From: Oscillospiraceae bacterium
GTDB lineage: Bacteria; Bacillota; Clostridia; Oscillospirales; Ruminococcaceae
Assembly (NCBI GenBank): GCA_045642145.1
Contig: JAZUIH010000021.1
Coordinates: forward strand, 3,761-67,760
Reading direction: 5' to 3'
DNA: 64,000 nucleotides
Shown: positions 49,612 through 59,302 of the stretch, piece after piece
Layout: each line of letters starts with the position of its first letter
Numbering within the stretch: the stretch's first letter is position 1
Position numbers and translations under genes: made by a program
The notes under the pieces: generated by a model
Told to the model about the DNA's origin: nothing
The model's database searches: none
What the model saw: the letters and a program-made list of their open reading frames with translations, nothing else

Positions 49612-50905
49612 TTTTAACGAAGAAAATGAGATGGAACAGGAAAACAGGCCTGCATCCCGCGGTAAGAAAAAGAATTCTTCCGTTTCAGGATTTTTCAGTG
49701 CACTCTTTGCTCCTTCTCCGCAGCCTGTTAAAAGAAAACCTGTAAAGCAGATCAGATACATAAGACCACAGAAGGGAAACCGTGTAGCTGTAAGCCTTAT
49801 TTTCGTAGTTGCAATACTCTGCACGTCAATTCTTATTTCGATAGGAACTATTTTTCTTATCCGTGAATTTCTCGGAATTGACAAGAGCGCAGCCACATAT
49901 ATTGTAAACATCCCTGAAAACGCAACTACAGATGATGTTATCAGGATTATGACAACTGATCAGGAGGAAAAGAAAAAGGAACCTATTATCAAGGTTGAAA
50001 AACTCTTCAGACTTCTTGTTTCAGTTGATGAAAAGAGACACGAGGCTGCTGTTGAGTATGTTTCGGGTAATCATAACCTCAGACCTAACATGGGTTACCA
50101 GGATATTCTTGAGGAACTTCAGAGCACTGACTACATCGAGAGAGAAACAGTACGTATCACCATCAGAGAAGGTCTGCGTATCAGAGATGTTGCACGTATG
50201 CTTGAAGAAGAGGGAGTGTGCTCATATGAAAGGTTTGTATACTATTTCAACGCTGGTCTTTCTGACTACGACTTCATAAACAATATCCCCAAGCCTACTG
50301 CAAATGACCTCAGATTTGACAGAATGGAAGGATATCTCTTCCCTGATACCTACGAATTCTACAAGGCAACATCTGATGACCTCAGTGAGCTTGAGGAAAG
50401 GGATTACGAAGTTATCCTCAGAACAATATATGAAAACTTTGAAAACAAGTATGATGATGATATCAGGAAGAGAGCTGCTGAAGTCGGCATGACAATGGAT
50501 CAGGTTGTTACACTTGCATCCATAGTTCAGCTTGAGGCAAGAGACGAGGCAGATATGAAGATGGTAGCTTCAGTATTTACAAACAGACTCAACAACTATG
50601 AGATGTTCCAGTCACTCCAGTCTGACCCGACACGTGAGTACAGTAAGTACCTCGACAATCTTGACGACTACTCAGTTAATCAGAAGATGCTTCTTGCATA
50701 TAACACATACAAGTCTAACGGACTTCCGCCGGGACCAATCTGCAGCCCTGGTATTGAAGCTATAAAGGCTGTTCTCTGGCCTGAAAAGACTAACTACTAC
50801 TACTTCTGTGCAAATATCGAAACCAGGGAAGTATACTATGCTGAGACTCTTGAGCAGCACAACGAAAACCTTATCAAAGCCGGCATAGATCCGTATGATT
50901 TCTGA
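49604..50905 (+). CDS. mltG: Endolytic transglycosylase MltG
   Basis: TM anchor, EGYLFPDTY, LASIVQLE, LQSDPT, YNTY..GLPPGPICSPG. Confidence 0.93.
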   Translation: MSNFNEENEMEQENRPASRGKKKNSSVSGFFSALFAPSPQPVKRKPVKQIRYIRPQKGNRVAVSLIFVVAILCTSILISIGTIFLIREFLGIDKSAATYIVNIPENATTDDVIRIMTTDQEEKKKEPIIKVEKLFRLLVSVDEKRHEAAVEYVSGNHNLRPNMGYQDILEELQSTDYIERETVRITIREGLRIRDVARMLEEEGVCSYERFVYYFNAGLSDYDFINNIPKPTANDLRFDRMEGYLFPDTYEFYKATSDDLSELEERDYEVILRTIYENFENKYDDDIRKRAAEVGMTMDQVVTLASIVQLEARDEADMKMVASVFTNRLNNYEMFQSLQSDPTREYSKYLDNLDDYSVNQKMLLAYNTYKSNGLPPGPICSPGIEAIKAVLWPEKTNYYYFCANIETREVYYAETLEQHNENLIKAGIDPYDF

Positions 50906-51090
50906 TGAGGTAACAGAGCATAAACCGACCGGCGGCGGATGAAAAAAGTATTTTTCATCTGCTGCCGGCATATATGTACACGGCTGACAGTCTCAGCCTT
51001 AGTACATTATTACGATAAACAAGACAGAGCCGGACACCGTTCATACCAAGTGTATGTGCGGTGTTTCACTGATAAACGGAGGTTAATAAA

Positions 51091-52293
51091 TTGGAATTAG
51101 AGGTACTTTCACCTGCAGGTGACCGCGAGAGACTTCTTGCAGCTCTTAACTACGGTGCTGATGCAGTATATCTGGGCAGAAAAAATTTCGGAATGAGAGC
51201 GGGTTCTGCCAATTTTGACTTTGAGGGCCTGAAGGAAGCAGTCAGGCTTTCACATGACAGGGGAGTCAGGGTTTATCTTACATGCAATACTCTTCCGAGA
51301 AACAGCGAGATACCGCTTTTTGAACAGTTTGTAAGAGAAGCTGTTGAAAGCGGAGTCGATGCGCTTATAGCTGCCGACCTCGGAATAATTTCGCTTATAA
51401 AAAAATACGCACCTGACATGGAAATACATGCTTCGACACAGACAGGTATTGTAAACTACGTTACAGCAAATGAGCTTTACAATATGGGATGTAAGCGTGT
51501 GGTTCTCGCAAGAGAACTTTCCCTTGATGAAATAGCTGAAATCCGTGCAAAGACACCTAAGGAAATGGAGATAGAGTGTTTCGTCCACGGTGCTATGTGC
51601 GTATCATTCTCAGGCAGATGCCTTCTCTCCAGCTACCTCGTAAACCGCGATGCCAACAGAGGTGAATGTGCACAGCCGTGCAGATGGGGATATCATCTTC
51701 AGGAGGAAAAGAGACCGAACGAATTCTATCCTGTGTTCGAGGATGAGCAGGGAACATATATTCTCAATGCAAAGGACATGTCCATGATTGAACACATACA
51801 GAAGCTCAGGGAAGCAGGTATATACAGCCTCAAGATAGAGGGAAGGGCGAAGTCAGCCTACTACGTTTCAGTTGTTACAAATGCCTACAGAATGGCTGTT
51901 GACTGCTGCCTTAAGGGCGAACCTGTACCGCAGTGGGTATATGATGAAGTTTTCAAGGTAAGCCACAGAAAATACTGTACAGGATTTTTCTTCGGTCACC
52001 CTAAGGAGAGCCAGTACTACGAAACAGGCGGATATATAAGGGAGTATGACGTGGTTGCGGTTGTTGACGAATGCCGTGACGGCAGGGTGTATGCAACACA
52101 GCGAAATAAATTCCTTGCCGGTGATACGCTTGAAGTATTTTCACCGGGCGCCGAGCCTGTTCAGATAAAGGCAGATGTTATATACAACGAACATGGTGAG
52201 TCAGTTGAAAGTGCAAATCACGCTATGATGAAATTCTCCCTCCCGTGTGACAGGGTTTTCCCTAAGGATGCTATAATAAGAATTCAGAAATAA
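51091..52293 (+). CDS. Peptidase U32 family protein (TrhP-like tRNA hydroxylation)
   Basis: GADAVY, HASTQ, HGAMCVSFSGRC, NRGECAQPCR, SLKIEGR. Confidence 0.9.
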   Translation: MELEVLSPAGDRERLLAALNYGADAVYLGRKNFGMRAGSANFDFEGLKEAVRLSHDRGVRVYLTCNTLPRNSEIPLFEQFVREAVESGVDALIAADLGIISLIKKYAPDMEIHASTQTGIVNYVTANELYNMGCKRVVLARELSLDEIAEIRAKTPKEMEIECFVHGAMCVSFSGRCLLSSYLVNRDANRGECAQPCRWGYHLQEEKRPNEFYPVFEDEQGTYILNAKDMSMIEHIQKLREAGIYSLKIEGRAKSAYYVSVVTNAYRMAVDCCLKGEPVPQWVYDEVFKVSHRKYCTGFFFGHPKESQYYETGGYIREYDVVAVVDECRDGRVYATQRNKFLAGDTLEVFSPGAEPVQIKADVIYNEHGESVESANHAMMKFSLPCDRVFPKDAIIRIQK

Positions 52294-52338
52294 AAAAATC
52301 AGGTACGCTAACACGGACAAGCGTACCTGATTTTTTTT
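52292..52338. terminator. Bidirectional terminator
   Basis: aaaaaaatcaggtacgct/agcgtacctgattttttt between convergent genes. Confidence 0.85.
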
Positions 52339-52360
52339 GAATTTTTTTTAGAAATATATT

Positions 52361-52822
52361 TTAACTGAGAAAAATTTCGAAGCGAATTGTTGTACCGCAT
52401 CCGAGCTCTGTTTCAATCTCGAAGTTGTCGGTACACTTTCTGATCTTGGAAAAGCCGCGGCCGTTACCCATACCGTGCGCTCTGACTTCAGAGTCCTCAG
52501 CGACTGTGGTGTATCCGTCATCCATGGCCCTCTCCGGATCTGCTATACCCGGACCATTGTCCGCTGCCTCCACGGTGAGAAGCTCGGGAGTGATTACAGC
52601 ATCAATAATACCGCCGCTTGCATGGATAATCATGTTGAGCTCTGTTTCGTAAACTGCAAGAGCAGCCTTGCGGATAATCTCGTTATCGACGTTCATCTCC
52701 GAGAGCTTTGCCTTGATATCCTCTGAAACAGCACCTGCGTTCAGAAAGTCATCGGGTGAAACGACATATGACAGTCTGGTTTCATTACTCATTTTTTTAG
52801 CCATGACCTCCTTGTCTTTCAT
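52361..52822 (-). CDS. Anti-sigma regulatory factor / RsbT-like HATPase kinase
   Basis: YETELNMIIHA, DNGPGI, G-rich GMGNGRG lid; exact start uncertain. Confidence 0.82.
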   Translation of the reverse strand: MKDKEVMAKKMSNETRLSYVVSPDDFLNAGAVSEDIKAKLSEMNVDNEIIRKAALAVYETELNMIIHASGGIIDAVITPELLTVEAADNGPGIADPERAMDDGYTTVAEDSEVRAHGMGNGRGFSKIRKCTDNFEIETELGCGTTIRFEIFLS

Positions 52823-53042
52823 CTATATATATTATATCATATAAACCGGATTTTGTAAAGAGCATTTTTGTTTATTTTGTTCAAAAAAATATGGGCTTTT
52901 CTAAAAAATTATATTTCAAATATAATGTATTGAATTGAAACACGTAATCTGATATAATATGTGAAAGGCGGTGTGAAAACTGTATATACAGCGTTAGTAA
53001 AAAGAATTTTACGTTTATAATAATGAAAGGAACATTAATAAT

Positions 53043-53801
53043 ATGACAGCACTGATAACAGGCGCAAGTACAGGACTCGGGCGCGATATGGCCGTGTATC
53101 TTGGCAGCCTCGGATATGATCTTATTATCACAGCACGAAACAGAAAAAAGCTTCAGGAGCTTAAGAAAACCCTGCCGGTAAAAGTAAAAATAATTGTCGC
53201 AGACCTGTCTGATCCTGAGAATGCAAAGAGAATTTTTGACGTATGCAGACCATATAAAATTGATCTGCTTGTAAACAATGCGGGAATAGGTGAAGTGGGG
53301 CCGTTTGAAAAGACATCACTTGAGAAGGAGACAGAGCTCATTAACCTCAACGTAACTTCTCTCCATATACTCACCAAGCTCTTTTACACAAGATTCAGAA
53401 GGGAAAACCATGGTACGATACTGAACGTTGCCTCATCCGCGGCTTTTTATCCGGGTCCGCTTATGGCAGCTTACTACGCATCAAAGGCATATGTACTGAA
53501 TCTCTCCCAGGCGCTTCAGAGGGAGATTAAGGAATCCGGAAGCAGGGTAAGGATAAGTGTTCTGTGTCCCGGACCTGTTCAGACAGAATTCAACAAAAGA
53601 ATAGGCGTGTCAAACAGCTTCAGTCCTGCTTCATCAGTTAAGGTGGCAAGGTATGCAGTTGACAGGGCACTTGCAGGAAAGTTCCTGATTATCCCTGAAA
53701 CAAAGATGAAGTTCAGCATAGCTGCTTCCTCACTTCTTCCTGCCTCGCTTAAGTCAAAGATAGTCTACAGGATACAGTCAGGAAAAACACCTCTCGAATG
53801 A
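53043..53801 (+). CDS. SDR family oxidoreductase
   Basis: TGASTGLG, NNAG, YYASK catalytic motif. Confidence 0.92.
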   Translation: MTALITGASTGLGRDMAVYLGSLGYDLIITARNRKKLQELKKTLPVKVKIIVADLSDPENAKRIFDVCRPYKIDLLVNNAGIGEVGPFEKTSLEKETELINLNVTSLHILTKLFYTRFRRENHGTILNVASSAAFYPGPLMAAYYASKAYVLNLSQALQREIKESGSRVRISVLCPGPVQTEFNKRIGVSNSFSPASSVKVARYAVDRALAGKFLIIPETKMKFSIAASSLLPASLKSKIVYRIQSGKTPLE

Positions 53802-53834
53802 TAATCACGGCATAAGGCACTGATAACCAAAAAC

Positions 53835-53862
53835 AGGCTCCTTCGTTTTCACGAAGGAGCCT
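53835..53862. terminator. Terminator between convergent genes
   Basis: aggctccttcgt/acgaaggagcct. Confidence 0.7.
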
Positions 53863-53893
53863 TGATATTTACATAATAACTATTGTAAACTTA

Positions 53894-56470
53894 TTATGAG
53901 AGCTTGTTCTTGAGCATGATGAGGTCGAGAATTGAAATTCTGCCGTCGCTGTTCATATCAGCATTATCCTTTGCAGTACCTGAAAGGTTTGTCTTGCCGA
54001 TTAAAGCTTCCATAAGTGTGATAATGTCGCTTGTGTTTACAACACCGTTTGCATCAGCGTCGCCCTTTGCACTTACAGGTGAAGGTGTAGTTGTAGCTGT
54101 TGGCTTAACTGTAGGTGATGCAGGTGTAGGTGAAGATGTAGCTGTTGGCTTAACTGTAGGAACAGTAGTTGTTGGTGTTGATGCAGCACCGTCCTTGTGG
54201 AGAACTACCTTTTCGATTGTTACGCCGTCACCGTGAGGCCAGAAAATCATAGCCTTGATCTTAGCGCCTGCGTTTGAAGGAATTGTGTAGTCAACTGTAA
54301 CAGTCTTGTCAGCAGAAACCTTAACGCCCTTGAAGTCTTCCTGGAGCCAGTCGCCGTTCCATGTACCGAAAGCACCTGAAATTTCTGTGTCAGATGAATT
54401 TACCTTAACATAGAGTGTAGCTGACTTAGCGCCCTGGTGAGCAAATTCAGCGAAGTTGTTGATTTCCTTGTCTTCGCCTTCTTCTGTATCAACAGTCATA
54501 TCCTTTGGAAGGAGTACGATGTCATTTGCACTTGTGCCTGTGCTTGATGTAGGGTTTGTAGCAGGAGGTGCAGATGTAGTAGCTGTTGGTTTAACTGTTG
54601 GTGTAGTTGTTGATGTACCGCTGCCCTTGTGAAGAACAACCTTTTCGATTGTAACGCCGTCACCGTGAGGCCAGAAAATCATAGCCTTGATCTTAGCGCC
54701 TGCGTTTGAAGGAACTGTGTAGTCAACTGTAACAGTCTTGTCAGCAGAAACCTTAACGCCCTTGAAGTCTTCCTGGAGCCAGTCGCCGTTCCATGTACCG
54801 AAAGCACCTGAAATTTCTGTGTCAGATGAGTTTACCTTAACGTAAAGTGTAGCTGACTTAGCGCCCTGGTGTGAGAATTCAGCGAAGTTGTTGATTTCCT
54901 TGTCGTCGCCCTCTTCTGTATCAACAGTCATATCCTTAGGAAGGAGTACGATGTCATCACCTGAAGAAGGTGCACTTGAAGTTGGAGTTACAGGAGCTGT
55001 AGTTGTCGGAGTAACAGGAGTTGTAGTTGTAGGTGTTACAGGTGCGCTTGAAGTTGGAGTTACAGGAACTGATGTGCTTCCCTTTACACCAGGAATAGAT
55101 GTTTCAACCTGACCTGTCTTGAATACTGAGTAAAGACCTGCAGCTGAACCAACGAGACCTGAGTTGTAGTCGATGGCAACTTCGTTGCACTGATAGTCAG
55201 TCATGATATCTGAATACTGACCAGCCTTGTTAGGACCACCAACGAGAGCACCGATAAGTACGTGACCCTTTGACGGATGGTACTGTGTAGCACCTTCAGG
55301 AAGTCCGTCAGCACCTGAGTAACCCTGGTAACCTGAAGCTGCTCTGTGGTGAGCGTTCTTTGCAGAGTTTGAAGAGAAACCTGTTACCATGCAGATGTTG
55401 AACGGGTTGTCGCCGAGGATGTAGTTCATCTGGCCCTTGCACCATGCTGAGTAGTCAGCACTTGAGTGCTTTGTAGCTACGAGAGCAGGGAACTGCATTA
55501 AGCAGTTAAGTCTTGCACTTCCCCAGTCGTCCATACAGAGGTAACCGCTGCCTGTGCAGTTTGAACCGAGGTATCCGTTTACCTTTGACCAGTCTTCTGT
55601 AATTAAAGCGTATACACATGCAGCACCGAGGCCTCTGTTATCCCAGCCGTCAGCCCAGCCGATGTACTTTGTCTGCTTTTCAGCACATTCGTTCTTGTAT
55701 TTTTCATTCTTTGTTGCGAGATAGAGCCAGCCTGCTGCATTAGCCTGTTCATCCTGACATCCTGAGCTCTTGTAGAATCCGTTAGGACCGTCAGTAGCTA
55801 CCTGGTTGTACTGAGTAGAGAACTTGTAAAGTGCTTCAGCGTACTTAAGGTCTTCAGTGTTGCCGAAGTTTAAGTAGTTGATAGCGAGTGCAGCAGCATA
55901 GTCAGCAGCAATGTCAGAAGCGCCGTTTGATGTCCAGAACATCTTTCTTGCGCCTGTCTGCTGTTCAGGAGCGCCCCAGTAAGCGTGGTCTTCAGTACCG
56001 TCGCCCTTCTGGTAAAGGAAGTTTGATACAGAGTCGCCGCTGAGCTTTGTTGAAGCCTTGAAGAAATCACAGAAGTAGTTCATGATTGTCTTGAAGTGAG
56101 CTGACTGGCCTGTAGCATCATATGCATCCTTGAATTCGTAGTAGCTCCATCCGAGCACTGAAGCTGTGAAGCCCTGCGGGAGACCGAACATTGCGTGGTC
56201 ACCGGCATCGTGGAAACCGCCCTGTACTTCGTCCTGTGTGTGGCAGTTGCTTCTCCACTGGATAAGACCCTTTGATTCTACGTCCTTACCGCACATATTA
56301 GCATCATAGAAGTAGAGTGATTCCTGTAAAAGCTTTGCATAGTTGTCGCTTCCTGCAGCCTTTACTTCAGTTGTTCTGAATGCAGCTGTCTGTCCGAGTG
56401 CTGAAACGCTGAGTGCCATTGCAGCTACAGCAGATACTGCTCTTTTTGCGAACTTTTTGTTTGAGTTCAT
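53894..56470 (-). CDS. Cellulosomal GH9 glycoside hydrolase with two tandem CBM-like modules and a dockerin
   Basis: Signal peptide; GGFHDAGDH, HHRAAS, NEVAIDYN; Pro/Thr linkers; duplicated 111-aa module; C-terminal dockerin loops. Confidence 0.92.
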   Translation of the reverse strand: MNSNKKFAKRAVSAVAAMALSVSALGQTAAFRTTEVKAAGSDNYAKLLQESLYFYDANMCGKDVESKGLIQWRSNCHTQDEVQGGFHDAGDHAMFGLPQGFTASVLGWSYYEFKDAYDATGQSAHFKTIMNYFCDFFKASTKLSGDSVSNFLYQKGDGTEDHAYWGAPEQQTGARKMFWTSNGASDIAADYAAALAINYLNFGNTEDLKYAEALYKFSTQYNQVATDGPNGFYKSSGCQDEQANAAGWLYLATKNEKYKNECAEKQTKYIGWADGWDNRGLGAACVYALITEDWSKVNGYLGSNCTGSGYLCMDDWGSARLNCLMQFPALVATKHSSADYSAWCKGQMNYILGDNPFNICMVTGFSSNSAKNAHHRAASGYQGYSGADGLPEGATQYHPSKGHVLIGALVGGPNKAGQYSDIMTDYQCNEVAIDYNSGLVGSAAGLYSVFKTGQVETSIPGVKGSTSVPVTPTSSAPVTPTTTTPVTPTTTAPVTPTSSAPSSGDDIVLLPKDMTVDTEEGDDKEINNFAEFSHQGAKSATLYVKVNSSDTEISGAFGTWNGDWLQEDFKGVKVSADKTVTVDYTVPSNAGAKIKAMIFWPHGDGVTIEKVVLHKGSGTSTTTPTVKPTATTSAPPATNPTSSTGTSANDIVLLPKDMTVDTEEGEDKEINNFAEFAHQGAKSATLYVKVNSSDTEISGAFGTWNGDWLQEDFKGVKVSADKTVTVDYTIPSNAGAKIKAMIFWPHGDGVTIEKVVLHKDGAASTPTTTVPTVKPTATSSPTPASPTVKPTATTTPSPVSAKGDADANGVVNTSDIITLMEALIGKTNLSGTAKDNADMNSDGRISILDLIMLKNKLS
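54193..54957 (-). repeat. Intragenic 333-bp near-identical duplication (54193-54525 and 54625-54957)
   Basis: Direct DNA repeat at offset 432 bp with only a few substitutions. Confidence 0.9.
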
Positions 56471-56687
56471 TGGTTATTCATCCTTTCAAAATTTTAATTA
56501 AAATAAATGCAACTTATTTCAATCAATTCCATACAACATTATTATACACAAAAAAAACATATTTGTGAATACTTTTTTTATAAGTTTTTGAAAATTAATA
56601 CTTTGTTCATAAATATTCAGAAAATGCAATAAAAAAACGTTCCCCATATATTGCTTATAGGGGGAACGTTACAAATTTGTATTCTTT

Positions 56688-58112
56688 TTATTCAGCTGCC
56701 TGAGTGGTAAAACCGGTAGTTTCAGGGATTTCCTCATTTTCGATGATGTTGAGGTCAACTGTGTATTCACCGTATACCCATACGTTCTGATATTTTTCAG
56801 GAAGAAGAACAGTGGCCTTGTATGAGCTCATGCCAGGATTTATCTTTCCTGTGTCTGAAACAGAGCTCTTTGAGATATCAATCTCGACTGTAAGGTCATC
56901 AGCCGTGATTTTTGCTATATCAGCTGCAGGACCGATTACCGTTACATTTTTAAGATGCTGTGTTACATACTCTGCCGTATACTTTGAATACGGGTTCCTG
57001 AGACTGAACCTTGAGGTAGGAACACTGTCAAATGTCTTTTCCTCAAGACCGGTGCTGTCGAAGGTGACGTATGAAGAGAAGATATTGGTGTCGTTGTTAA
57101 GCTTAGGATAGCTTTCGAGGGCCTTCCTTATGTCAAATATCTTCGTGAACTCTCTGTTTACAGAACTGAGAGGAATGTTCTGGTCGCTTGTTACCGGAAG
57201 TGCGTCTATTTCATCGAGAGCCGGGTCATCGTATGATACATATATATTAGGTGTGCTCAGTGAGAGCCTGTCAAGTATGAACTTCTGGTTGAAGTACTCA
57301 GGTACATCAGTGAGACTGTACTGGATGGAGAGGTTCTTTACTCTCGATATGTTTATCATTACAGTAAGCTCAGATTTGTTGATTCTGAACTGGTCCTTGT
57401 TCATATACGGGCTGATGAGCTTGTTTATATCCTCTCCGTTTTCATTCATGAAAGTAATATTTCCGAGAGAAACCGGTACAGGGATGGATTTTCTTGCGTC
57501 ATACGCAACGTTCTGCGGAATATTGAGAATGCATTCGCTTATCATGTTTACGTAAGGTTCAGGACCTGTTACTGATATGGAATCACAGGTGAGACTCTTG
57601 AGTCTGTAGCCCTCGGCCGCTGTAATACCCGGAGCTCTTACCGTTACGTCAAGGGTTCTTGTGATTTCCTTGTAAAAGTAAAGCTTGACCTTGTTGTTTT
57701 CAGTTTCCCTGAGTCCGTAGTCGCAGGAATAGTCATTGTCATCAGTTTTGTAGATCTGAATTCTTGCCGTTACCGGCTGCTCGCGTGAGTAGTTATCAGT
57801 AGTAACCCTTGCCGTGAACAGCTTCCTGTCGAGAAATCCAAGCTGTTTTCTGTTTGCGGCAACTCTTATATCCACGTCTGAAAACTCAGCGTCATATATT
57901 CTGTAGCCCTCAGCTTCTGCCGGTGTTCCGGCAAGACTTCCTTCAAAGTCAATGGCAACGTCATCTATAAACTTATACGCGTCAGGATATTCCTGGCTTG
58001 TGATATAGCCCCAGGTTATCATGGCCATTGCGAATGAAAGAACCAGCAGGACTGAATCCCTTTCCAGGGACTTTTCGATAAAGGATTTTATTTTGTTCAG
58101 GAAATTTTTCAT
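56688..58112 (-). CDS. cdaR: CdaR/YbbR-like regulator of diadenylate cyclase
   Basis: N-terminal TM helix, YbbR-like ISVTGP and VTVIGP repeats; overlaps the cdaA stop. Confidence 0.75.
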   Translation of the reverse strand: MKNFLNKIKSFIEKSLERDSVLLVLSFAMAMITWGYITSQEYPDAYKFIDDVAIDFEGSLAGTPAEAEGYRIYDAEFSDVDIRVAANRKQLGFLDRKLFTARVTTDNYSREQPVTARIQIYKTDDNDYSCDYGLRETENNKVKLYFYKEITRTLDVTVRAPGITAAEGYRLKSLTCDSISVTGPEPYVNMISECILNIPQNVAYDARKSIPVPVSLGNITFMNENGEDINKLISPYMNKDQFRINKSELTVMINISRVKNLSIQYSLTDVPEYFNQKFILDRLSLSTPNIYVSYDDPALDEIDALPVTSDQNIPLSSVNREFTKIFDIRKALESYPKLNNDTNIFSSYVTFDSTGLEEKTFDSVPTSRFSLRNPYSKYTAEYVTQHLKNVTVIGPAADIAKITADDLTVEIDISKSSVSDTGKINPGMSSYKATVLLPEKYQNVWVYGEYTVDLNIIENEEIPETTGFTTQAAE

Positions 58113-58981
58113 TTTTTGTCCCTCCTGAAGTACTGCAGGATTCCCTTTTTCTTCTTGTCATCTTCTTCTGATTTGTCGTTGATAATAAGGTCTGTAAGGA
58201 AAATCCTGAGGGATTTTGAAGAGAAGTTTCTGAAAATCTTTCCGTTTACTGCAACCGATATAGTGCCTGTTTCCTCGGATACAACCACTATAACCGCGTC
58301 TGAGTTTTCACTCATGCCTATGGCTGCTCTGTGGCGGGAGCCGAGCTTCTTGTTTATGAGTTCCTCGCGCTCAGGCTTCGGCAGATAGCATGCAGCTGCA
58401 AGAATTATGCCGTTTCGCATGATTACCGCACCGTCGTGAAGAGGCGTTTTCGGGTAGAAGATGTTTCCGAGAAGCTCCTTGCTCGGAAGGGAGTTCATCA
58501 TGGTTCCTGAGCATATTTCGTTGCCCAGCCTTGTACGTCGCTCAAGTACTATCAGTGCACCGGTTTTGGTAGCTGAGAGCTCCTCGGTACTTTCGCAGAT
58601 TGCGTCAATTGCATTTTCCCACTTTACAACAAAGTCATCAGGATGCTCTGCGAGAAACGCAAACTTGGCAAGGCTTGTACGTCCGACTCTCTCGAGTGTC
58701 CGTCGCATTTCAGGCTGGAACATGATGAGCATTGCGATAAATCCGTTGTTGAGAATAATCTTCAGGAGAAATTCCATTGTACGGAACTTCAGTGCAAAAC
58801 ACATGAAGTATGCCAGGAGCAGGAACAGTATGCCCTTTGCAAGCTGCCCGGCACGGGTTTCACGGATAATCTTTATTAACTTGTATATGATAAATGTAAG
58901 CAGAGCGATATCTATCACGTCAACCGGCTTCATGGTGCTGATAACACTCCATACTGAGCCGAATATTCCGCTGCGGTACAA
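58109..58981 (-). CDS. cdaA: Diadenylate cyclase CdaA
   Basis: Three TM helices, FQPEMRR, PLHDGA, GSRHRAA, VSEETG. Confidence 0.95.
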   Translation of the reverse strand: MYRSGIFGSVWSVISTMKPVDVIDIALLTFIIYKLIKIIRETRAGQLAKGILFLLLAYFMCFALKFRTMEFLLKIILNNGFIAMLIMFQPEMRRTLERVGRTSLAKFAFLAEHPDDFVVKWENAIDAICESTEELSATKTGALIVLERRTRLGNEICSGTMMNSLPSKELLGNIFYPKTPLHDGAVIMRNGIILAAACYLPKPEREELINKKLGSRHRAAIGMSENSDAVIVVVSEETGTISVAVNGKIFRNFSSKSLRIFLTDLIINDKSEEDDKKKKGILQYFRRDKK

Positions 58982-59302
58982 AAAAATTCACATCCTTAAA
59001 ATCATATTGGGAACACTGTCCCCGAATGAATATACATATTCTTATTTTATCATATTTTTATAATTTTTCAATACTTAATCAGTAATTTATAAATGAAATT
59101 CGTCAGAAACCGAGAGAAAGTAACGTTTCTGCAGAGTGCATCAAAAAAATTTTCGGCAGGCTATGGACTTATTATGAAAAATAATGTATAATAGAAAAGC
59201 ATATGAAATTTTTACTGCACCGTGCGTTCCGTGCGGAGTGCAGCCGGCGGCGGACCTAAGGATACTTTGCCTGCCGTAAATCAGAAAAGGAGTTTTTTTA
59301 AA

